This document shows, one piece after another, positions 53,130 to 64,000 of a stretch of DNA of 64,000 bases (its first letter is position 1; every line of letters starts with the position of its first letter). The position numbers and the translations under genes were made by a program. This stretch comes from the human T2T-CHM13v2.0 reference genome, Homo sapiens. The notes below the pieces were generated by a model. It saw only the letters and a list, made by a program, of their open reading frames with translations. It did not search any database and was not told the DNA's origin. The DNA is taken from NCBI RefSeq assembly GCF_009914755.1, contig NC_060926.1. The stretch is one strand, 5' to 3'.

Positions 53130-55560
53130 TATATTAAAATTTAATTTACATAAAATAAAATGCAACTATTTAAACTGCACAGTATGTTGAGTTTTAACAT
53201 CATTTAAATGGTAGAATAATTCCATCACACAAAAAATTCCCATGACACTTTGCAATCAATCTTTTTCCACCCCTGGCTGTAGGCAACCACTGATCTGCAT
53301 TTTTTCACTGTAGATTAGTTTGCCTTTTCTTGAATTCCATAGAAATGGAATCATATGGTGCATAGTCTTTTATGTCTGGCTTTTTTGTTCATTATGTTTT
53401 TGAGATTCAAACTTGTTGGCATATTAGTAGTTTATTACTTTTTATTGCTGACTAATGTTCTATTGTACAGACATAGCAAAATTTGTTTATTCATTTGTTA
53501 ATGAACAGTTTTTTCCCCCAAATTCTGGCTATTATGAATAAAAGTGTTATTAACATTTATGTTCAAGTCCCTGTCTAAACATGTTTCCATTTTTCTTGAT
53601 TAATACATAGAAGTGGAATTAGTATGGAAAGTGTATCTTTGAGTTTATAAGAAACTTGAACAATTTTCCCAAGTGGTCATACCATTTTCCATTTCCAACA
53701 GTACTGCATGAGAGTTCCAAATTCCTCTACATCATTGCCAACAAGTGGTATTTATTTTCAGCCTTTTTAGTTTTAGCCATTGTAGTGAGTGTATAGTTGT
53801 ATCTCATTATGCTTTTTAAAAAACTCCCATTTCTTTGATATTAATAAAATTAAACACATTTGTGTGTGCTTACTGTCCATTTGTATATCTTCTTTTGTGG
53901 AGTTATATTTTATAAGGGTTTTTAACATAATTTTGATACAAACCTTTCAAAAACAGGTGTATTGCCAATTCTGTGTTTTCTCCCAGTCAGTAGTCTCTTT
54001 TCTTTATAAAAAATATTGTTTTGAAGAGCATACGTTTTTAATTTTGATGAAATCTAACTTTAGCATTTTTTTCTTGGGTCTTGTGACCTGGCTAAATTCA
54101 CTTATTAGTTTTGATCACCTTTTTGTAGTCTCCTTGGGATTGTGTATATAAATAATCATGTCATCTGCAAATCAAGACAATTTTGCCTCTTCCTTTATAT
54201 TTTGAGTGCTTTTTATTTCTTCTTTGTTACTGTAAAGGCTAATACTTTCAGTGCAATGTAGAAGATATGTGGTAAAAATGAATGTCCTTGCCTTGTTCCC
54301 AGTCTTAGAATGGTCAAAGTCCATTAGTCTAATGGACTAATGGTCAAAGACCAAATAGATGCGATGCCATGTATAGGTTTTTCATAATGCCCCTCATCAA
54401 AGTGAGGAGATTCTCTTCTAGTCTTAATTTGCTTAGAATTTTAAACATGAAATGGTAAATTTCAAATGCTTTATCTGCATCTATTGAGATAATTGGCTTT
54501 CTTCCTATATTGTTAATATGGTAAATTTTCTAATGTTCTATTACTATGATGTTTTTCAAGAGTTAAACTAAACTTGTACTCTTGTGATAAATCCCACTTG
54601 ATCATAATATATTTTCTTTTTGTATATTGTACTTAAGAAAAAATCCCCAGGGCTTCTGTTTGTTTTTGATATATTTCATTCTCTCTTCATCATGCTCATT
54701 TTTCCTTCAACATATTTATAACATCTATTTTAAAGTCCTTTCCTCTTAGTTCCATCATCGTTGTCATTTCTGGGTCTGTTTCTCTTGAGTGATTTTTTTC
54801 CTGGTTATGGGTCATGTTTTCCTTCATTTCATGTCTAGGTATAGTAATTTTTGATTGAATGGTAAACATATTAAATTTTACTTGTTGAGCGCTGAATTGT
54901 GTTGTCTTCTCCAAAGAGTATTGGACTTTGTTCTAGTAGCCTGTTAAGTTACTTGCAGATCATTTTGATCCTTTTGAGGCTTGTTTTTAAACTTCATTAG
55001 GGCAGGAGTATAGTAGCCTTTTCTCTAGGGCTAATTTAGTCCTACTCTTAAGGTATGACTCTTGGTGTCTCTACTCAATTTCTTGAAAGTTCTATGAAGT
55101 TTCTGTACTTGGGCTGGTCAGAACTCAAATGTCTCCCAGCCCTGTGTGAGCTTTGGGGATTGTTTGACTTATAGATCCCTGGTCATTCTTTGCATGGCCT
55201 TAGAGAGTTTCACCCTATTGATGTGCAGGTTAGTATTCAAGTGTCTCAGGGCAGACTTGATTTCTGGAGCTGTTTCTGTGTAGCCCTCTGTTCTCTGGTA
55301 TTATAACCTGGAAACACCAGCAACCTCAGCCTTCCTAAACTTTGACCTCTGTCTCCTCAACTCAGTGTGATTTCTGTGCTCTATTTAGAATATATCTCCT
55401 CTGCTAAAGTCCAGAAAGTGCCTTCAGCAGAAGCCAGGGAAAACACAAGGCCAGCTTCATTTGTTACACTTATTTTAGGAATTAGAGTCTTGTACTGCCT
55501 ATAATCTAATGTCTGAACACATTTATTTCATATATTTTCTCCAGTTGCCTGATTGATTAC
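53130..55560 (-). mobile_element. Degraded old L1M fragments
   Basis: aggcaaccactgatctgc...aaatggaatcata; tcatgtcatctgcaaat; ORF 54696..54914 resembles an old L1 ORF1 N-terminus. Confidence 0.75.
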
Positions 55561-55707
55561 AGTGGGAGGCTTAAAGTTAGACCTAGTTTCTTCCTCATGT
55601 ACAGAAGCAAACTTAGCTTTCATTCTTCTTTTTATATTTTCATTCCAAAGCAATGTAACTGTTTCTAAATAAACTAGTATGCATTAATATTTTAAGAATA
55701 AACATCC

Positions 55708-56005
55708 TGGCTGGGCGCAATTGCTCACGCCTATAATCCTGCTACTTTGGGAGGCCGAAGTGGGAGGATTGCTTGAGCCCAGGAGTTCGAGACCAGCCTG
55801 GGCAACATGGCAAGACCCAATCTCTTAAAAAAAAAATTAGCTAGGTGTGGTGGCATGGGCCTGTGGTCCCAGCTACTCAGGAGGCTGAGGGGAACATTGC
55901 TTGAGTCCAGGAGGTTGAGGCTGCAGTGAGCCATGGTTGCATCAGTACACTCCAGCCTGGGCAACAGAGCAAGACCTTATCTCAAATAAATAAATAAATA
56001 AATAA
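55708..56005 (+). mobile_element. AluJ-like
   Basis: Alu consensus; TSD core AATAAACATC. Confidence 0.9.
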
Positions 56006-57755
56006 AATGAAAATAAACATCTAGATATTATTCTGTAATGCTACCAGTGCTCAAATCAGTTTTGGAATATTTTGTGGAAAAATGCATTCAACAAATATTT
56101 AAGGTCATCAAGAAAATCAGTCATAGCATGTTCTGAGGAATGCTGTTTTTGAAGGCCAAAAACAAATGTTTAAGTCCTAACTCAAGTTTACCAAGCTGGG
56201 TGGCAATGAGTATTAGCAGTATTGGTATTAGTTTTCTTATCTGTAAAATAAGCTGTACCCTAATCTACATAAATGAAGCACGCTTGAGTTGTACAGCATG
56301 TAGCCTGAATAACTATGAAGCAGTAGCCCTGGCTATATCAAGATACTTCCATCCAAAAGAAAAGACTCAAATCAAATGGCTTACACAATAAATTTATTAC
56401 CTCACCTAGCAAAATGTTCAGATGTAGTGGTGGTTCCAAGGTTAATTTGATGGCTCATGTTATTACCCAAGTCCTTTCTTTCCCCCTCCCGTCCTCACCC
56501 CTTTCCTCAGTTACTTTTATCTTCTCTCTGCATAGTTATATAATGGCTGCAGAAGCTCCAAGCATCATGGCCTCTGACAACCATCTCCAAAGACAAGAGA
56601 ATATGTCTCTTTGGGACACAAGTTCTCCACAGGACACTTCTCCAGAAGTCTCCCAGCAGACTTGCTCTCGTCACTACCTAGAATTCTATCACATGCCTTC
56701 ATTAAGCAATCACTTGCAAGAGGAATGGAATTACTATGGTTGGCTTACTAACAAAGATTCACCCCTGGAATCATATGGCCAACCAGCATCTAAAGGAAGG
56801 AGTGAAGATAGACAAGACTGCTGCTGAATAGGCAACTGAAGTGTCTATTTATTATATAGATATTTTACATACAAAATATCTATACAATAAAAAACTAACT
56901 TAAGTTAGATCTTATATGTGAGGTTAACCTGCATCTCAATCATTATGTAATGTTATATCAATTTTAATCCTTAAATGACATTTTTTAGTAAATTCACCAG
57001 TTATATCTACTAGCTAAATTGACCCTCCTTGGTTGTAAAAGATTTTTTAAATGTTTAAAAAGCAAACAATGTACATTTGCTGCAGAGATATTATATACAG
57101 ATAAGGAAGATGACATTAGTCTTTCCAAATTCTACCAACTAGAGGAAAAAGCTAACATTTAAATATATACATACATCCCCTTCAGAATTTTCTCCATGCT
57201 AAGTACAATATATTTTACAGAAATACTCTATGTTCTATACTATAGCCAGCCTTTCAACTTAATTTACTAATATTTACATAGATTTACATAAGTTTTAATG
57301 GCTGGGTAGAATCTGTCTTTGTTTCAAAAAAGTCACTTCTGTATTCAAAAGAATTGAGACTTGGCACAATGAAGACAGGAAAGTGCATCACGAATGCTGA
57401 GTGCAATCTTGAAAAAGCTGTGAAAATATCTGGAGATTAGAAAAATGATTAGAATAAGTCTATAGCCTCTCCAGGCCTTTTACTGTCTCCATGCAAATCT
57501 GTGTCATGTGAATGCCTCACTCGTTTTTAATGGCCTACTAATGTCACTGAGCTTTCCTTTTACCTCCACCCAAGATCTATTCCCAAATGGGAATAAGCCT
57601 TATTTCTCTTTTTCATTCACTAATGAATTTCTCTTCAAGATTCAACCACATTCTTTTGATAGCCACTACCATGATTATTATGGCTATTTTTACTAAGGGA
57701 CATAACGAGGAGTCTGTTCAGAGGTAATAAGGATATTCTTTCAAGTCCAGCTTAA

Positions 57756-58107
<352 letters not shown>

Positions 58108-58673
58108 TAAAGAATGAACTACGCACAATTTATGGTATTGCCATAATGCATTTTTCTTTAGGCATCTAATGAGAACAACCCAGCTAATCTTCATGTGTAT
58201 GGCTAAGGAAGAGAAACTACAAATGGATATCACATAGTAATTTTGCCACTGCCTTTCCATGGACTTAAATGCTAAGGTGCAAAATTCTTTCCGTGAAGGT
58301 CCAGAAGAACCCAATGAGCTTTTTCCTTTCACCTTGGATTTAGCCAACTGCCTATCCAGCACACGTACAAATACTTCTTTTGCTACAGTAACTCATAAAT
58401 CTGTTAGCCCCAGTCTCACCCAAAACTCTATTTTCTAGGAACTTCTGTATACCTATCTGAGCTTTTCCTTTAGCACCATCAGTCTTTCCAAGTAACCACA
58501 GCAAATGCGAATGTTTCATCTCCTGAATATCACTTGCTGAAAGTAAAATTTGGGGCCATTTCTACAGTCTAGAAAGCAGATAGGGTTAAGCTATGTCTAC
58601 ATAAGATAAAAACTACAAAAAGGTAAATGAAAATTAAAGCTGTTCATGTGACTAGAAAAAAATGCTTGATACT

Positions 58674-60332
<1,659 letters not shown>

Positions 60333-60574
60333 AAATGCTTGATACTTTTCAAAATTCAAAATCTGTAATAAGTTGTTAGGAAAAAATAATCCAAATATTG
60401 GGCACTGGTTGGGCAGTAGGGAGAAAGAGCCCTCTTCCATTGATGGTAGGAGGCTAAACTGCTGCAGTCGTCTGGAGAGTAGCATGGCAATATCATGGCA
60501 AGTTAAACAAGTACAGACCTAACAACTGGGGCATACTCCCCTGTGTAGATCCAAGAGAAACTCTTACCTCAGGA

Positions 60575-61095
60575 TATTAGTTATCTATTGACGGATAACA
60601 AATTATTCAAAACGGAGTGGTTTAAACCAACAATAAACATTTATTATCTCATAGTTTTTGTGGGTCAAGAAATCAGGAGTGGCTTAGCTGGATAGTTCTG
60701 GCTCAGGGTTGCTTATGAAGTTTCAGTCGAGATGTTGGCTGGGGCTCCGGTCATCTGAATGTTTAACTTGGGCTAAAGGATCCACTTCTAAGATGCCTCA
60801 GGCACAGGGCTGGTAAGCTGGTGGTAGCTATTGGCTGCTCCATAGGGCTGGGCTGCTAAAGCATCCTCATAACATAGTGGCTGGTTTTGCCGAGAACAAG
60901 TAATCCAAGAGAACAAGGCGGAAGCAGCAGTGTTATTTTATGACTTAGTCTGGGAATTCACAAAGCTATCACTATGCCATATTAGGTTGGTCACAAAGAT
61001 TAACCCCGACACAATGTGGAAAGGGATTATACATGGGCATGAATACTAGAAGACAAGGGTCACTTGGGGATACCTTGGAAACTGGATTCCATACA
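60575..61095 (-). mobile_element. MaLR LTR (MLT1-type)
   Basis: tattagttatctattg...ataacaaattattcaaaac...tttattatctcatagtttttgtgggtcaagaaatcaggagtggcttagctgg. Confidence 0.78.
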
Positions 61096-61716
61096 CAAGT
61101 CCATGTATTAAAAAAATCACTGAAGTATTATTTGCAGTGACAATGAGTTGCAGGCAACCTAGGTTTTCATTTCTAGAGGAATTTGTAAGTAAAATGTTGT
61201 GTATGCCTCTGATGGAATACCTTATAGCAATCAAAACCAATGAACTAGAGTTACACATTTTTTCAACTCAAAAGAAACAGAAACAGAATTTAAAAACAAT
61301 AAGATTTATAGCATAATACAACTGATATGTCTAAAAACCACTGTGTGTACATACGTATTTTTCATATTATATAAAGAAACATATTGCTAAATAAATACAT
61401 AAGTAGTCGACTGGAAAGGCATATTTTAAGTGGTTGTATATAGGGGAAAGTGGAGATGAACTGAAGAATAAAACAAAAAAAGTAACACAGAGGGGCTTTG
61501 CAAGAATAATGTAAAGAGTGTGCCATGAATTGAAGAAAGAAATTAATTACCTCAATTATTTGAGGTTTAAAAAAAATTCCTTTTTTTGTAGAGTTGTAAT
61601 GAGGCCAAAGCAAGTCTAAGAGATCTTGTTGAAGCAAGATTCCCAGCAGATAAGATTCTATTCATTTCCCTAGTTTTTAAAGTCACATCCCCCTGGAAAG
61701 AAAATTTTAGTGGCTT

Positions 61717-62340
<624 letters not shown>

Positions 62341-64000
62341 CCTCCTTTATTCTCCTTGTTGAAATAAAATTCTTTTAGGAAGACACAAACCTCTTTCATT
62401 TCTCAAATGGAGATATTTGAAAAGCAAATAACCTTGAAAGAGGAAGCTCATAAATTAAAAGTACAATTAGGAATAAATGTCTGATAGCAGATTTCCTTGT
62501 TGAGGATGTGTTTAAAGGGAGAAAGCTAAAGGGACAGAATTTTGAATTTCCTTAAAGAATATGGGGATTGAGGGGCTGGAAAAGAGAAGGAGCATGGAGG
62601 GGTACATTAAGGTACTAAAGACAGATTAGATCCTTCATAATTCAGATTAAAACTGGTGCTTGTGACAAGTTTTATTTTGGAGTTGGAACAAGAAAAAGAT
62701 CACCTTGCATTTATGGTTAATTTACTTCTTTTGGGTTTTAGGTGTACCTATAGACACATCTTCACCTGTTTAATTTTCACTGTGGTTAACAACTCAAATA
62801 TTACTTTACTGTCTGCATACTGTTTCAAACTGATGATTATTTTCTGTGTTCAACAGTAGTGGATTGTTTGGTTATCCTTGGTTGGTCACCACTTGAGTGG
62901 TAATCTAAATCTAAACTTGAAAGTAGGCCAGTTTCTTAATAATTTACAGATTTTAGGACTAAAATGAGGAAGCTTCAGGTGAAAGCCTAATTTATCTTAA
63001 GGAAAATATGTTGTATATACTTGCAATTATGTGACAGCAGAGAGAGTTAGGATAATCTTTTTTTTTTTTAATTTGAGGAGAACAATGATACTGGTTTTAT
63101 TGAGAATAAGCCCAACCAAGGGCACTGGGAGTGCATGAATCACTTACATAACAAGTGATCCACGTATGTATAGTAACCACTGTCATGTGCTCCAACCGCA
63201 GCCCTTGTGGGCTCATGCCCACTCAGTGTTTAACAGCTACCTCTGCTGAGTAACAACAATGAAGACACCAGTCCGAAGTAGCCAGTGTTTACCAAGCCTT
63301 TCTTTTTTTCCTATTTATTTTTAAAATTATCACTCTCAAAAATTTTGGTGTGTGTGTTTAAGTACTTTCTTATTTATGAGCCCCTGAGGCACCAGACATG
63401 TTATTATCAAGCCCCTTATATACCATCTAATATAAATTAACATAAGCATATATAATCTCTAAGGCAAAAAAAAATCATCATGAAGAATCCCCATGGAGCA
63501 TCAGGCAGTTCTAGAAACACAAAAACCAGACACTTTTATTCACAGTGCTGCCTTCTTCCCTGCTCTACAAAGCATTTTTGCTTAAGCACCAGCCCCTTTA
63601 AGGCATCACTGCAATATCTGGTTAACAGAAACTGACATATTTACATAGTAACAGCTGATTTTTCATATAAGTCTTCACAAACAATCTAGAGATACTGAAA
63701 ATACTCTGTGGCTTTGAAGCTTTGTGAAGTTAAAAAAATTTTTTGCAAAACATTTCTATATTCTCTCTTCATGATAAAAAGCAGTGGACATTATCTAAGG
63801 CCCACTTCAAGGGGCTATAAGCTCCATGAAGGCAAGGCCTGTCTTGTACGCCAATGATTCTCCGGAGTCTGGCGGAGCCCAGCAGGGCAGCAAATTGCAT
63901 TTCTTGAATTCTTGGAGAAATACATGTCTTATTAGACTAATTTATATATCCGTTTTTCTTCTTGACAACTGAGTTATTTGGCTACCCATAGAGGCATTTT

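Noticed and set aside
56414-56827. 137-aa ORF
   Set aside because: Appears to lie in a degraded MaLR-like LTR; no protein similarity recognised.

Overview
Human/primate genomic DNA: repeat-rich, intron-containing, with one CpG island. The one protein-coding gene I can reconstruct is the 5' part of WDSUB1 (WD40 repeats + SAM + U-box) on the minus strand. It has a CpG-island promoter and non-coding exon 1 near 34.4-34.7 kb, and eight coding exons (30933 down to 4084) that splice in frame to 1132 nt (377 codons + 1 nt), covering the WD40 repeats and most of the SAM domain. The U-box exons lie left of the window. The remaining ~29 kb is intergenic and filled with Alu, L1, LTR and DNA-transposon fossils; a possible minus-strand transcript end lies near 63.1 kb. 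Nearly all other ORFs in the track are Alu/L1 artefacts. I found no evidence of a new gene system. The most unusual signals are insertion or repair scars: an Alu carrying an exact 74-bp copy of local DNA, an Alu-U2 snRNA chimera inside one TSD, a candidate inverted L1 with a 3' transduction, and a tail-less Alu replacing L1 sequence. There is also a GC-box minisatellite in the promoter and a stop-free 5' leader in frame with the WDSUB1 CDS. Repeat family names are from memory of consensus sequences and repeat boundaries are approximate.
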